63,987 nucleotides of DNA, filler included, from Reclinomonas americana ATCC 50394 (GCA_048213135.1; 11 parts of 11 records of this genome joined end to end with filler, not necessarily neighbours in it), one strand, 5' to 3'; positions 40,137-54,691 are shown, numbered from the whole stretch's first letter. Notes: generated by a model not told the origin, from the sequence alone. Numbers and translations are program-made.

Positions 40137-43100
40137 ATGTCGCGGCTGGGCCCGTCGGGGGTGTCGTCGGGCTCCACTGATGTGATGAGCACACTGCGAT
40201 CGCAGTTTGCGCTGCGGCTAAAGTCGGCTGTACAGGTGGGCAACACAAAACACTTCCCCTGTTGTCGTGTAAGTGCGGTGGACCCTCACCTGTGTGGCAG
40301 GATATGTCGTCGGTGTTTGAGGCGATTCGTGACGACGAGCTGTTGCGCACGCTGGGACGTGATGTCGAGACGGCACCGCAGATGACGGTGCGTCTCTTTC
40401 TCTCGTCGTCGTGTTGTCACATTCACTGATCGACGACGTCAGGAGCGAGTGTTTGAGATTATTGACACAGCGCTGGCGTCGGAGGCCGAGGCGGAGTGCG
40501 AGCGATTGATGTTGGTGGTGGCGACCCGTGAACAGGAGATCTCTGCGTTGGAGCGAACGAATCTCAATCTGAAACACGAACTGGCCGCACTCAACTCGCG
40601 TCTGAATGCACACGAGGCCACCACACGCCGCGTGCGAGAGCAGGCAGAATCGGCAGCGCGTTCCGTGCCAGAGGCAGAGGAGCGTATTTTTGAGCTGGAG
40701 TCACTGCTGAACAAGTTGAGAATTTGTGTGCTGCTGATGCGTGTGGCGACTACCCGGACTCACACTTGAGTGTGCAGAGAGCGCAAGTCCATGGATAAGA
40801 TGCGACGTTCGCTGCAGGAGCACGAGGAGGAGGAGGGTCAGCTGCGCAAGAAGCTGGCAAAGATCGAGGCCTCACAGCACGACTATCGGCGACTTCGCAA
40901 GGAGCTCAAGTCACAGGCCGCTCAGATGGAGCGCGAAGCCGACGAGGCTCGTGGAACCATCGACCGTGCATTTGCCAAGGTAGCACCGAGAGAGGGAGGA
41001 AGAAGAAGAAGAAGAAGAAGAAGTGACCATGTCGTTGACTCTCTCTGCACACACAGATGGAGGGCACGCTCAACATTGACGGTGGTAGCGTGGACGCCGA
41101 CTGGCACTATGAGCAAATGGTGGACCAACTGTTTGGCGACAATGGGCACTCCCTGTTCGACACTCTGATTCTGTGCGCCGAGCCTGGCATGGTGGAATCC
41201 GCCGCGGCCTATCGCTCGTCGATCAAGGACTTCTTTTCACGCTTCCTCCAGTTCTACAAGCAGGAGGCCGAAGAAAATCGCGCCACTGCCGAGCAGCACG
41301 CAGACCTCATCAATCAACTCAAGGTTAGGAACCAAGCTGCAACGCCTAGTTGTACACGTCTGTCCTTCGGCTTCGCCTCACACTTGTTTTTTTGTTGTGG
41401 GGGGTGTTACAGAACAAGCTGTCCAAGTACCGCTCGCAGTTGCAGACTCGCGAGGCGGAGGTGGCCGACTTGACGTCGATCTTGCAACAAGAGCGACAGA
41501 GCAAGGCGCAGGTGACGGAGGAGCTCAGCAAGGAACAACGCGTGTCGGAGGCTGTCAAGGTGCGAGTTGCGATGATCTCACGCACCCACATTCTTCACTC
41601 ACCACTCCCGCCCTCAGCAAATGATGGTCGAGAAAACAAAAGAGCTGGAAGACCGTGTGCGTAGCACATACGAGGAACGAGTGGCGCTGCTGGAGACGCA
41701 GTTGTGGACGGAGAAGCAGTTGAGTGTCGCTTTGTTGCGTCTTGTGTGAGTATCGTGCTCACTCTGCGCGCGTGCAGAGAAAAAGAGCGCGTGCTGCACG
41801 AACGCAATTCGTTTGCCAGCATGCAGCAGCAATTGTCGCACGTGGAGACCAGTCGCATTCGCAACGAGTTTGAGGACCGACTGTCGGCAGTGACACGAGG
41901 CACCATCACGCAGGAGGCGCACGAGCGCAAGATTCGTGAGCTGGAGCAGCGATTCTTTAATGAGACCAAGCAACTGCTGGAGAGATACGAGCAGGAGAGT
42001 CGCGAGCAGTTGCGCGCCACCGAAGAGCGGAAGAACGACGAGTTTGCGGCCACGATTCAGCAATTGCGCGATGGAGTTGCGTGTGCGCGTGAATGGCACT
42101 CGGTATGTTTTACAATCTCAATTCGATGTCGTTTCTTGTCTGGCGCAGGTGGTCGCCTTGGAGGCTCGATTGACTGCCGAGCGCGAGGCCAATGTGGAGT
42201 TGAGAAAGTCGGAGACGGAGAGTCAGCAAAAGCTGTCGGACTACGAGCGCAATCGACAGTTGCTGGTGACGCACCTGGACGAGGCCGGTCGCAACATTAG
42301 CAGACTAAAAGGTGCGTGGTGGCGGATGGTGATGGATGTAGGAAGTCACACATAGCAGGATACGAAAGAAACAGAGGGGGAACTATAGAAGTATAGACAG
42401 ACAGTAAGCAAGAGATGAATGTGCACCGCCTTGCTCTTCTCGTGCTGGTTGTTGATTGTCGTTGTGTTCTGCCGTGTGTGGCAGGTGTCCTATCAGAAGA
42501 ACGGGAGGCACGCCGTCAGATCGAGGCCGCATACAATAGGCTAAAGGAGTTGCACAGTAACAAAGGTGCCAGTGGCACATCTTGGTGATAGTTGCTGGCA
42601 CGAGTCAATGAATCATCGTCCAGAGTGGTCACTGGCATACACTCCATCTGATTTCCTGTGCGCCATTCGTAGACCGCGTAGTGGAGCTGGAACGCGAGAT
42701 CCGTCAAGTTCGGTCTGCTGGCGAAGGCGACGGCGGGCGCAGCTCATCCTCCATGATGCGCAGTGCAAGAGACCACGCTGCGCAGTCTGACGACCGTGTC
42801 GCCGACTTGGAGAACCAGCTCCAGCGTGAACGCGGCATGCGTGACCAGCTGGTGAGCGAGTGGCAGTCGACGGGACTGTCTCCTTTGTGGAAGCTGTAAC
42901 TCATGAGCATGTGCAGGAGACCAAGTGTCGGCTGTTGGACCACAAGTCCAAGGCACTCCGATCAAGGGTTAGTTACACATGCTCAAATGACAAGAATTGA
43001 TCCGCAGTTCTCCTGAAAACGGTGGGTGTTTGTTTGTTTGCTTGTGCAGCTGGCGACCACAGTTCGTGCCGAAGTCGCATCGCTGCGAGCTATCGCGTCG

Positions 43101-46100
43101 GACGCCAAACAGACTGTAACGCGGGCGCTGCACCACTTTGGACGCGATCAGGAGAAAATCACCAGGGAACTAGCGTCGCGTTCTGTGGGAATGGAGGCGA
43201 TGCAGAGCGAGCTGAGCAATGCCAAGAGGTTGCTGGTGAGAACGGGGATGTACATTGGCAAGTGTTGCGTGCAGTATTGCCACTCACGCAAGTGCGTAAT
43301 GGACACAGGCGGAGACTCGTGAGCAACTGGAGAGCACGGAGACGGCAAGAAAAACACTCGAGGGACGAGTCCGTCGCCTCACCAACGAGCTGGCCAAGGA
43401 CAGTGAAGACGAGTCGGAGCTCACACGCATGAGCACTCGCGTGGACGAGTGCAGCAAGTCGCTCTTGCGCATTGCCTCCATTCTCAATCTCTCGCGAGAC
43501 GTGCAGGTGTGTTTGTGTGTTTGTATGTTTTTCGTTGCGGTGTGCCGCCAAGTGGATCACTTACCGTTACTGCTCGGTGTGGCACAGGATGGTCTGAGGA
43601 GGCCACGCAGCACGCAGTTTGGCACAGTGCTGGTCAAGTTCGAGGAGGCCGTCAAGTCGACACTCCGAGCACAGCAGGCCGAGCACACCAGTCAGGTGAC
43701 TGTGGTTTTCGTCTGGCGAAAGAAGCAAGTGTTTTCGTTTGCTCACCGACACGTGCAGCGACAACTGACGGCCATGGAGCGCAACAATCAGATCCTTCAG
43801 CAGGAACTCGAGAAATTGCGCGAAGAATTGGAGAGCGCCAAGAGACGCTACAAGCGTGCGGCTGCCGAGCGCACGGAATTCGGTGCGTTGGTGAAGACAC
43901 CTGCGTGTTACCATTCGGACGACTCACTGATTTGTGATGCGATGCACGAACAGAGCACCTCTTGACATCGGCGCGCGCAGAGTACGAGAACAGCCTCGCT
44001 GCTGCCCTCAAGGAAAAGGATTTACTAAAGGAGGTTGCAAAGGAGGAGGTGAGCGCCGATTGTGTGAGGATGGAAGTGCCAAAGGCAGCTGTGTTCATGT
44101 GTTATTTCTTTACCGAGCAGATTTTGCGCCCGTACCAAAAGGAACTGCGCTCACTGCGACACGAAGTCGAGGTGCTTGAAAAAGCATACCGCGACGAAGT
44201 GGCCGTCGGCGCCGCCCGCCGTTCGAGTGCCAGCGAAGAGCGAAAGGTTGACGAGGTGCGCGCGAGGTACCGCCGACGCATCGACAACATGTCGAAAGAC
44301 CTGGAGGCCGCGAAGGAGAGGGTATGTGGCTTGCGTGTAACCACACACGCACAGTCGAGCTGATTTCGTCTCGCAGATACACGAGCTGACTGGGGAGCGC
44401 GATCGCCTGCTGGGCGAGCTGGAAGTTGCCAAGGCTAGCATTGATCGCAAGGAGTTGGAGATTGAGCAGCGGAAGCGCGACTTGGATGACATTGCGAGGA
44501 GACGCAGCCGCATGTCGAGCCGCGACGATGGTGTGTGTGTGTGTGTGTGTGTGTGTTGTCTCTATCTGTAGCCTTGTGACATGCAGCCTCACCATCCCTC
44601 GTGCGCATGCAGTGTACGACGAACTGCGCAAGAGTCTGCGCGACCGCGACAAGCAACTGAACGAGGAGCGGCGGCAAAAGTCGCAGCTGCTCAGCCATGT
44701 GACCGAGAAGGACGAAGAGATTCAGCAACTGCAACTGTTGATGGAGCAATCGTACAGCAAGGTGGCCGAGGAGGGCATTGAGACGGCGCGCAAGCTGGAA
44801 GAGGAAACCAAGCGCCTCAAGCACCACCTCTCCAAGGTAATCATGCTCTCTGCCACCGCTCGCATCACCTTTATGGACTGTGCACCCGTTGCTCACTTGC
44901 TCTATTCCACCACAGTCAACGGGAAGTCGGCGCGCCAGCACTGGCACGGCCATGCTTGACTCGGAACACCCGTTCTCTCCCAAGCACGGCGCTGGTCCCT
45001 CGGCAGCCACTGAAAAGCGGCATGTGTCGTCGTCGTCGTCGTCGGTCAGTGCGCGACGATCTCGCTCGTCGGCCATTCTCGGATCGGGATCCACAGCTGC
45101 GCCGCTGAGCAAGGACGATTTGAGCAGCTCGCTGATGGTGACGCGTCATGCCACGGCTCCGGCGCTGACTCGCAGCCGCTCCGTGTCGCCGTCCTCGTCG
45201 TTGGGCCTGTCGAAGACGCACTCGGCGCGCTCCGTGTCGACACGGNNNNNNNNNNNNNNNNNNNNNNNNNNNNNNNNNNNNNNNNNNNNTTAATTAATTA
45301 ANNNNNNNNNNNNNNNNNNNNNNNNNNNNNNNNNNNNNNNNNNNNCCTGCCGTGGTTCCGCGATCACCGCGTCGTGAGGCGTCGTCCGCGTCGGTGGCGG
45401 CCTCGGTCAAGTCGCCAGGCCGTGAACGATCGTCGTCTTCGCTTCGCTCACTCGCACCAGCGCCCGACCGCACCACGTCGTCGGCGTCGGTCGCAAAGCG
45501 CGAGGCGTCCTCGCCCCGTCGTGAGCACTCGTCAGCGTCGATTCGGAGCGATTCGTCGCGCTCTCCACGCCGTGAACGTTCCTCGTCTTCGCTGAAGCAC
45601 GAGTCGCCTCGGCGCGAGCGCTCGTCCAGCTCGTTGCAGCGCGAGACGTCGTCACGATCGGCCGATCGCGACCAGTCACAACTGTCAGTACGGAGCGGCG
45701 AGTCGTCGCACTCACCACGACGTGAGCGTTCCTCCAGCTCGCTGCAGCACGAGTCGCCGCGTCGTGAGCGTTCAGCGTCGTCGCCACCGGTGTCGCCGCG
45801 GAGAGAGCGTTCTTCCGCCTCGCTCAAGCGTGAATCGTCGTCAGTGTCGCCACGCCGCGAGCGATCGTCATCGTCGCTGAAGCCCGCCGCCGCCGAGTCT
45901 TCGCCGCGGTCGCCTCGACGAGAGCACTCGTCGGCCTCGGTGAAGGACGTGTCGCCGCGCAGGGAGCGGTCGTCGTCGTCCATTGCTCGCGAGTTGTCAC
46001 CTCGTCGTGAGCGCTCGTCATCGTCGCTGAAAGACGCGCCATCGCCTCGACGTGAACGCTCGTCGTCGTCGCTAAAGGTGGACGAGTCGTTGGCACGGTC

Positions 46101-47653
46101 ACCTCGTCGTGAACACTCGTCGTTGTCGGTGCGCAGTGCGAAATCATCGTCGTCTGTGGTGGATCACAGTCGCGACCGCCGGTCATCCACCACCTCTGCA
46201 CACGATGTGGAGGACGAGCCGCCACCGGAGCCGCAGTCGTTTCGCGGAAGTCCTCGAAAGCTCTCGACGGATCAACCGCGCCTCGTCTCTCGCCATCGGC
46301 AGCAGCACTCGGTGGGCGACGAGCCATTAGCTGGCATGTTTGGGTCGGACTACTCGAGTGGTTGGAGGAGTACTCGGCGCGGCACGGTGGCATCGATGAG
46401 TACCGTGCAAGCGTCGGTCGCCTCGCTGCCGACCATCACCACCGAGCACAGCGACTCGACATCGCAAGCCACTAGCGCACGCTCGACGCCGACCATGTCG
46501 GTGACGGCGGCTGCACTTGCCGGCGGCGTCGCCCCCATGTCTGCGGCATTCTCACGACACAACAGCACCACTCCTGACTCGGCCTCTCCTCGCGACTCGG
46601 GTGTCTCGCCTCGTGCCACCGAGGTGGCGTCACAGAGCTCGGCGGCGACACGACTGACCATGGCCGATCTCGACTTGCACCGCTCGTTCTCGAACGATCG
46701 ACTGCACGAGCTGGGCAGTGTGGGAGGCAGTCGGCAGGCACTCCCGGAGAGCCACCGCGGTCATCAGCACCATCACCATCATCAGTTCCACCGACATGAA
46801 GTTGTGCGATTGTTTTCTTTCACCATCGAGAGAGCGAAGAGAAGAACTCACGCGTAGGTTTGCTTGTTGTTCGCAGGATGCTGGTCGGCCATTGTCGGCG
46901 TCGGGTGCATCACATGCGGCCTCGATGCCCGCCAGTGTGGCTACCGGCACGCCGTCAATGCACTCGCCGCTTCGGGCCATCACAGAGGGCGCTCTCGAGT
47001 CGGACAGGCGACACTCGACCAGCAGGCGTTCGCTGGCCGCCGGAGCCGATGGCACGACACTGGGCAAGCCCGCTGCCCCCCGCTCTCAGCAACAGTTGCA
47101 GTCGCAGGGGCGGAGCGAGCGTGCTCTGCGACGCGCTGCACGCGGACCGTTGGCCGACATTGGTCAGGCTGACGCGTACCTTTCCGACAACTCGGTGACG
47201 CCCTCGGAGCTGCTCGTGCGCGAGATCTGGGAGGAGAGCTCGGTCGGCGTGGAGAACATTACGAAGCACCTGTCTGGCGACTCGGTCGGTCGCATCATGC
47301 ACACCATTCATCCCGAGGACGACACCACCTCAGTGTCGCGGTCATCGCGCTCCAGCAGCCGCATTACGACCGCAAGGAGTGCGGCCACGGGCAGCAGCAG
47401 CCGGCAGCTGAGCGCCCGCCTTGATCCGGCATCCATCACACCGAGTCTGTCCCCGCGCAGCCTGGGCACCTCCAGTGTTGGTTCCTCGTCGTCGCTGAAG
47501 CGGCGGCCGTCGTCGCGTCAGTCAGGCACCCTCACGCCATCCACGCTGTCGCACGACACCTACTCGAAGACCAGCAGTCGGTCGCACATCCCCTCGTCGG
47601 TGCCGGTCTCCGATGAACGGCGCCCCTTGTCGGCGCCACCCGACCGCTTCTAA
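40137..47653 (+). CDS. Very large coiled-coil protein with Ser/Arg-rich repetitive C-terminus, spanning the 45246-45345 gap
   Basis: Many heptad-rich exons. ...SVSTR|gap|PAVVPRSPRRE joins in frame. Ends ...SAPPDRF* at 47653. Confidence 0.65.
45361..46125 (+). repeat. Coding tandem peptide repeat SPRRE(R/H)SSSS
   Basis: 13 SPRRE copies plus one SPGRE variant, with variable spacers and divergent codons. Confidence 0.85.
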
Positions 47654-47744
47654 CAACCACATGTTCTTTTAACTTTTCTTGCGCTTAACTTGTCTGTTAA
47701 ACAAATGGCTCTTTCCTTCTTTACTTCCTCTATGATCTCCATCG

Positions 47745-48526
47745 TCACATACGAATGCGTCGCTTGGTCTGCTTGCCGTCGCCCGACTTCTTCTTCGGTT
47801 TCGACGGGGTTGAGCGGTGCGAGGACGCGGCGGGCTTCGACAAGCGATGCAAGTCGTCCCGGCTCAGCGTCATGTGCGATCCACGGACGCGGCCAATCAC
47901 GTCTGCCACGCACGCAGTGTGAGCACGAGGAGAAACGATCGCACAGCGTTGTGCACGCACTCTTTGACGGCTTCGGGGCGAATCTCTCGCCAGCCGAGTC
48001 CTTCTCAATTATCGTTGGCTTTGTGGCGCGACTGCCACCCACTCGTTGACCCGGTGCCAGCATGCCAGCCTCGCGGAGCTGCACGTCGTGGCGGTCACGA
48101 CGGGATACACGCAAAGCACACAAGCCTCTCGACCACACATACATACACACGCACCTCCTCCAAGCGCTTCCGCTCTCGCTTTCGCTGCTTATCCACCATG
48201 CCGAGACGAATGTAGGTCGGCATCTTCAGCTTCTTCTTTGGCTGCGGAACGGGGGACGTGAGAGAAGGGCGCGGGGGCGGAGAGAAACGCACACACACAT
48301 GAGCTCCTAACCTGAGCACCCAGGTGCCTCAACAGCTCATCCTCCATGTCCTTTTTGGTGCGATGATCCTCCTCCAGCTGCATGCGCAAATCAAGAATGT
48401 CGTCTGTTTGGAGACCCAGTTGCTGTGTCAGCTTGCGCTTCTTGTCGGCCATGTGCTTCTCTCGGATTCTGTCGTGCTTTTCTTCGCTGGCCTCATCGCG
48501 TCCACGCTTGCGTGTGAGACGGGCAT
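47745..48526 (-). CDS. Faf1/DUF4602-like basic 40S ribosome biogenesis factor
   Basis: LGAQPKKKLKMPTYIRLGMVDKQRKRERKRLEELREAGML...IGRVRGSHMTLSRDDLHRL resembles fungal Faf1. Recognised from memory only. Confidence 0.55.
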
Positions 48527-48814
48527 CCTAAATAAGGGGTGTGAGTGTGTGTGTGCGTGACGAGGTGAACAGGTGGAGACGCAACTCGCTTCTGCGCAAT
48601 GAACCGCGCGTCGGGGTCCTCAAACACAGTGACCTTTGACATGTTGGCGCAGCTCTTTGTTGCCTTGATAACAATGGGACGAAGGACTTTGTTTTTGATC
48701 TCTCTTTACATTCACACACACTTGCGTGGCTCGTTGTTAAGGCACCAAGAACTCGTCTCGACTCCTCATCACAGGCACACACAACAGCCCGGAAGCCGTG
48801 CGCAACGACGAACT

Positions 48815-49790
48815 CTATTCCTGGTGGACGCGGCCACCCTGCACGACCAGGTCACGCAAGTACGGCACCTGGTGGAGGAGGAGAGGGAGTGAGGAGGTCA
48901 GCGTCGGCTATATGACAGAGGGAAAAACAAGGAGACGGCGGCTGATCACCTTGGAGACGACGTTCACGACGTGCGCCTGAGCGAGGGCGTAGAGACCGCC
49001 GACCGTGGTCCACAGACGCTGCGTCTGCACTGGGAAAATGCGCCTCACCAGCGGGTACACAAAGCTGATGACGAACACTGTGTGCGCGGATGTGGTGGTG
49101 CGATGAATACGTCGCTTCCCTCCGCAGCAAGAGAAATAAAAAAACCACGCAACAGATGAAGACCAGCGTCACGGTGCTGATGCAGCTGGTAAAGTGGCTC
49201 AGCAGCGCACAGCCACCGAGAACCTGCCACACCGCAACGAAGACAGAGGAACGCTGTGCGTGAGATTCCGATTCCTCAAACACACCCTCATGCACACACA
49301 GGTGTACAGTACCTGCAGCAGCTGCGACCAGTTCGTGCCGGTCGACGTCACCTGGCGGTACTTCTCCGCGCCCACACGCACCAGTCGCTCCACCGCGCCC
49401 GCCACATCAGCCGCAAACGTATTCGCTCTACCACTCTCTCGAGTCAGCAAAGGCAACACACGATCGTCGTCGATCTACATAAATGCGCAACTGGTCGTCT
49501 TGTGCCACACGCTGCGCACTCTGCCCGACGAGATGATAGACGAGCTTGAGGCAGATGGTGACGGCCACGCGCACCGACACGAACGCCAGCACCAGCGACA
49601 GCGCCGAGAAGCCACCAAATGTCAACAGAATGTACACAAGGGTGCCAAAGGCGAGCGAGAAGGCCGATGTGATGGGATCCTCCCAGGAGAGCAGTCGCGT
49701 GACTCCGCTCACTGCAATGGGCGCTGGAGCCGCCGCCGCCACCGACGAGGAGGAGGAGGAGGATGATGATGACGAGGCGTTTCCGGCCAC
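48815..49790 (-). CDS. Reticulon-family ER protein (start uncertain)
   Basis: LLSWEDPITSAFSLAFGTLVYILLTFGGFSALSLV is the typical start of a reticulon domain; a second long hydrophobic segment follows. Confidence 0.7.
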
Positions 49791-50234
49791 TGTGTGCGCG
49801 CCGACAAACATGTTTTTCGATGTATGTTGTCAGTGACAAGTGTGTGCCACACATCGAGGTCGCGCAGACAACAATCTCTCTCATCAAATTCCTCGCACTG
49901 ATCATCTCTCTGTGGTGCGGCACACACACACACGCGCGCGCAGAGAAGCACACACAGACGCAGACAGAGAGACAGACGTGTGCGCGTGGAGTCCAGTCAC
50001 TGTGACAATGTCACACTTGTTCACACACACACGCGCACACGCGCACAGGCAGAGAGAGAGACTGGGGACGAGAGACGCGCATGTGCGTGTGTGTGTGAGA
50101 GCGATGTTGTCGTGGTGGGCGAAACGCAACACTTGTTCTCCATTCGCGCTGAGTAAGTGTTTTTTTGGTCACCAAATTGCGCGTGATATTTCACATATTC
50201 ATTCATCTTTGCCTCGCTCTCTCTCTCTCTCTTC

Positions 50235-53200
50235 TCATGGCCATCGCTCTACCAGGGCGCCCACCCGCTCCTCCAATTTCCTGAGTACGACCCAATTGGC
50301 GTGCTCGGCTACCACTTCGGCCACCTGCCGGCACATTAGCGGGATTGTGCCGGCCGGTGCGGTCTCCAGCAACTCCACCGCCGATCGCACCATCTTCACC
50401 TCCGTGCGCATCTCCTCGACCTTCTTCTCCCGCGTCAGCACAGCGCGGTTCGTCTGCAGTGCTTCGCCAATGGAGGCCACGGACTCGGCGGGCAGCACTG
50501 TGTGTGCGGGAGAGAATGAGTTGTCCGTTTCCAGCGTGTGTTTTTCCGCGGCGAGGCAATGATATGTTCTTACCGGCACAGCAGCGATCCAGTAGCTCCG
50601 TCAGGTACCGCACCGTGTACTCGTCCATCACGAAGGCCTCGACGAGAGGAACCAGGCTGATCAGCAAGTTGGCCATTCCCTGATAGTCCTCGTCGCGCCT
50701 GTACGCCTCGGCGAACCACGGCAGCAGCAAAATGTACTCGCGCGATCGTGGTCCCAGAGTGGCCAGCTTCCTCTCGCGCACCCACTGCAGCAGTGGCAGT
50801 GCTTCGCGGTGGCGGTCCACGCTGTAGTATGCCTCGCAGAGGCGCACAGTCGCCGTTTGTACCATCTGCGACAAAGTACCGTTCAGCGCAGCTGATGCGG
50901 AAAAAGGGAACGTGTGTGACGCACAGGGTGATCTTCGCCGCTGGCCGTACGGCGTGATGCGAGGCATGCAGTGAGCATGCTGATGCCGTCTTGTTCGCGT
51001 TCGCGTTGTTGCTGTGACGAAAAAAATGAGTGGATCCTCCAGCAGCAATGGACGAGCACGATGAAAGATCAACTCACCACCAGTGCAAGTCCCACTGGCG
51101 AGTCGATAAAAGAGGAGAAGCATGTCAGCTAACAAAAAAGGCTGCACAGAGCATCGCATGCACGTAACGAATCTCCTTGGTGGCCAGTGTGTCGTCGTGA
51201 TCCTTGCCAATGGTCTTTTCGAATGCTGCGGCCGCCGAACTGTGCCATTCACACACACAGTCAGTGTGAATCGACAAACGCTCCTCTCTATCTCTCGCTT
51301 CGACACCACGCACGTCAACAACTCAATCGCCTCGTCCAGTTCGCCATTCTCGCGCAGACAGTTGGCCAAGTTGACCTGCATCGCGAGCAGCAGTGGATGG
51401 TAGTTGCGCAGTACGGCCTTGGCCAGCTTGTAGCCGTCGCGTTGCGCATCAACAGCCTCTCGTCGCCTGTCGTTGGCCAGCGCAATGCCAAAGTTGTTGA
51501 CCGCCTATCGACAACAACAAAGAAAATGTTGAAACACAACAACTCTTCAAAAAACCAGTGCCAGGCACCACGTGCTCACCTCCAGCAGTTGCGTGCTGGG
51601 CGGACCAGCTGCCTCGAGCAGCGGCCGCACCTCGTTCAGTGTGGCCAGTCCTTCATCTATGAGCCCGGTGTACGAGAGCATCATGCAGCGTCGCACGCGC
51701 GCCTGCAGCACCATCGGATGCTCGTCGCCGAGAATGGCCCCGCGTTCCACAATCACCTCGGCCAGCAGTTTTTCCGTGCGCTCGTACCAGCGCGAGGCGT
51801 GGAACGCGTGTGCCAAGCCAAACTTGATGTCGGCCAAGGCCAGCGGATCCTGCAGCTCCGGGTCGAGGTCCAAGTGCAATTCGAGCGTCTCCTGTGACAG
51901 CGCCTCGGTGCGATGCACGTCGGATTTGAAGGCGTAGATGGCCTCAGCGAGCACCACTCGCGCGCGCAGTGTGGTCGGCCGGTTGAGACCAAACACAGCC
52001 ACACGATGCTCCACATTGCGCTCGATAACACGAAGAGCCTCGCCGTAGAGTCCATCCTCCAGATACGCCCTGCTTGCATGCCTCGTGAGTTCCGCGCCAC
52101 ACACAAAGAGGCACATACACGCACACACACACGCAACTGCGCCAAGTACTGCTCCGACCGCATGGTGGCAAAATGGTCGGCGCCGAGTTCTGTTCGCCGG
52201 CCACTCATCACCAGCTGTTGCATGGCGGAGCCGTCGGAAAACTTGCCGCATGCGCACAACACTGCAATAGCGAGTGAGCACGGCAGGAGGCATGAAAAGC
52301 ACACCCCCCTCTCTTCTCTGTCTGCTCTCTCTCTCTCACCAAGTGCGCGTGTCTCCATGACATCCAGCCGCCGCAGCGGACTGGCAATGCTCTGCATCCG
52401 CTGGTACACAAAATCGGAGGCCGCATCGGCCCAGAAAAACTTGCCCGCCACAAACCAAAAGTAGGCCAGGCGATCGAGGGCACACAACACATCCGAGGTC
52501 ACACGTTCCTTGTCGACCGGCTCACAATCGGTGTACTGCATGAGCCGCATGGCCACGACCCGCGCCACCGGTGTCAAGGCCGTCGGCGCACGATCCGGCC
52601 GCACTCGACGCGCCACCAGCAGCACATCGCCCAGCGCAATCAAGGCCTCCATGCGCCGCTCATCCACCGGCCCAAAATGCACGGCGGCTGCGGCCTGCGC
52701 CCTGTCAAAATGCGCAGCTGTGATTTGCCACACGCACTCCTTGCGCATGCACTCGAGACCGGCAGTCATGGTCGTCTTGTGATCCTCGCTGGTCCACGCT
52801 GCAAGTATGATGGCAAGGGGAGAGTGAGGAGTGGGAGTTCCGGGGGTGTAGTGTAGGATGACCAACACACCAGTTGGCACCGTGGTGTCGGACAGCACCG
52901 GCAAGGGCTCATTGGCGGTCAGGTAGGCGGCTTGGATGTGGCATGTTTTGGCGAGGAGGGCCTGGTAGGTGGCGGCGGACTTGCTGTGAGCACCGCCCGG
53001 CGACGACGACTCGGCAATGTGGCTGAGGCGTGCGAACAGATCCTCTGTCGTCGTGTTCGAGAATGTCGGTGAGTTATCGCACACACGTGTGCGTGTGAGA
53101 GGTGTGTGAGAGAGGAGAGGGAAGCACAGATTAATGTGTGTGAGTGTGTGACGAAAAACCCATGTCAGTTGGAGGACATGATGAACGGAGACAGTGTGCG

Positions 53201-53309
53201 TACGAGAATACACACAGAAGAAGAGAGAAGAAGAGAGAGAGAGGAGAGACGAACCATCGTTGTCGATGACCAGGGGGTCCTGTTTCTGGGTGGAGCCTGC
53301 ACTGCCCAT
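50235..53309 (-). CDS. TPR protein (kinesin light chain-type repeats) with predicted N-myristoylation site
   Basis: MGSAGS start. Repeats such as LGADHFATMRSEQYLA, LGDEHPMVLQARV, HPLLLAMQVNLANCLRENGELDEAIELL, IGKDHDDTLAT. Confidence 0.75.
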
Positions 53310-53459
53310 GACGACAACACAACAAAAATGGCAGTTCCTCGCGCGCAAGATCTCTTGGATTTGAATCGGAGAGTGAAGGACAGGACGCGACGAGCTAATG
53401 ACGACGGACTGCGCGGTTCATTGAACATACTGCTCTGCCAGCACAGCGGAGAGGCCCTC

Positions 53460-54524
53460 TTATCTCATCCCGAGTGGCTGCATGCAGCGTCGACCGCGAG
53501 GCGAGCTGATATCGAGAACAATGCAATGAGCATCGCGATCGGAGCAAAGGGGAGGATGCAGGCGCGAGGTGAGGAGGGAGAGAGATGAGGAAGGCATGCA
53601 AGAAGAGGTGAGAAGGGAGAAAAGGAGAGGTGAGTTGGAGAATACAGAGTGTCGGGAGGAAACACGGTAGATCGCACTCTGTGAAGAGAAGAGCGCGTCC
53701 GCAACAGGAAACCTCCGCAATGCTCACCCACACTACGTACGTACGTGCGTAGTGTGGCTTCACACATCATTATCATTCTTCGGGTGTAACAACGCCGGGA
53801 GTTGCATGGAAGAGCAATATAAAAAGACTCCAGCAATCGCAAATCACCCGCGAGAGGGCAGCAAAAAGGAAGCAAAGAGAGAAGGGCGGAGGGGGGGGGG
53901 GGAAAGACTCACCCTTATTTCAGCGTACGCGTCTTGCAGCGGCCTCTGTTGGTCTCCTTCAGCCAGTGTCTGCGTAAGTTTGTTTGTTTTGTAAGAAAAC
54001 AAAATGGACGGCACATATTCCGACACAGTGCAGCACGGTGTAAAGTCCGCGAGGTCTGAGCAAAGAGCGCCAAGTGCATAATCTAGGACCAGCCTTCTCC
54101 ATCGACAAAGGAGGAAGAGAGAGAGAGAGAGAAAGACAAGAAGCGAGAGACGCATTATTATATGCATTTCCCACCTATTCTCTTTTCTCTCCCTCCCCCA
54201 CCCTGCCCTTGTCCCCGTCGTAGCAAGCCACACTCACGCCGAAATAGTGGTGAGTGCGTTGATGCACGGGGTGGGATCCCTTTTTGAAAGAAGAGACAAG
54301 AGAAGAGAAGAGTGACATGTGCACATGTGTGCAACAAACAAACAACACCGACGAGAAGTGACGAGCAAGTGCGAGGTGAGTTGAAAGCGTGCGCGAGGGA
54401 GAGAGAGGCAAGATGTGCGAGAGAGTGTGTGTGCACACGAAAACTAGCAAGACAAAAACATGCAAAAGTGCATCACTCACCTCAGGTCACAGAGAGGGGG
54501 AGATGTAAGTGGGAGAAGGTCCAT
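53460..54524 (-). CDS. Possible multi-exon gene of unknown function
   Basis: Short open segments flanked by GT-AG and CT-rich tracts. No recognisable motif. Confidence 0.3.
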
Positions 54525-54691
54525 GATTCACAGGCGCATCACGTCGGCATGTTCTCGCGCGCAACGACGGAGAGTGCAAGTGTATGAGGGACAATTGCAG
54601 CGATGACGTCGGCGCCATCTGTCCACTTAACTCTTCTGCAAACGCGCGCACTTGTCTTCCCCTCACACCAAAGCAACACCTGAATAGCACA

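Noticed and set aside
45294..45983. Long antisense ORF (DDDRSRRGD repeats), or a CRISPR-like repeat-spacer array
   Set aside because: It is the mirror of the plus-strand SPRRERSSSS coding repeat. The units are not identical at DNA level and have no regular period.
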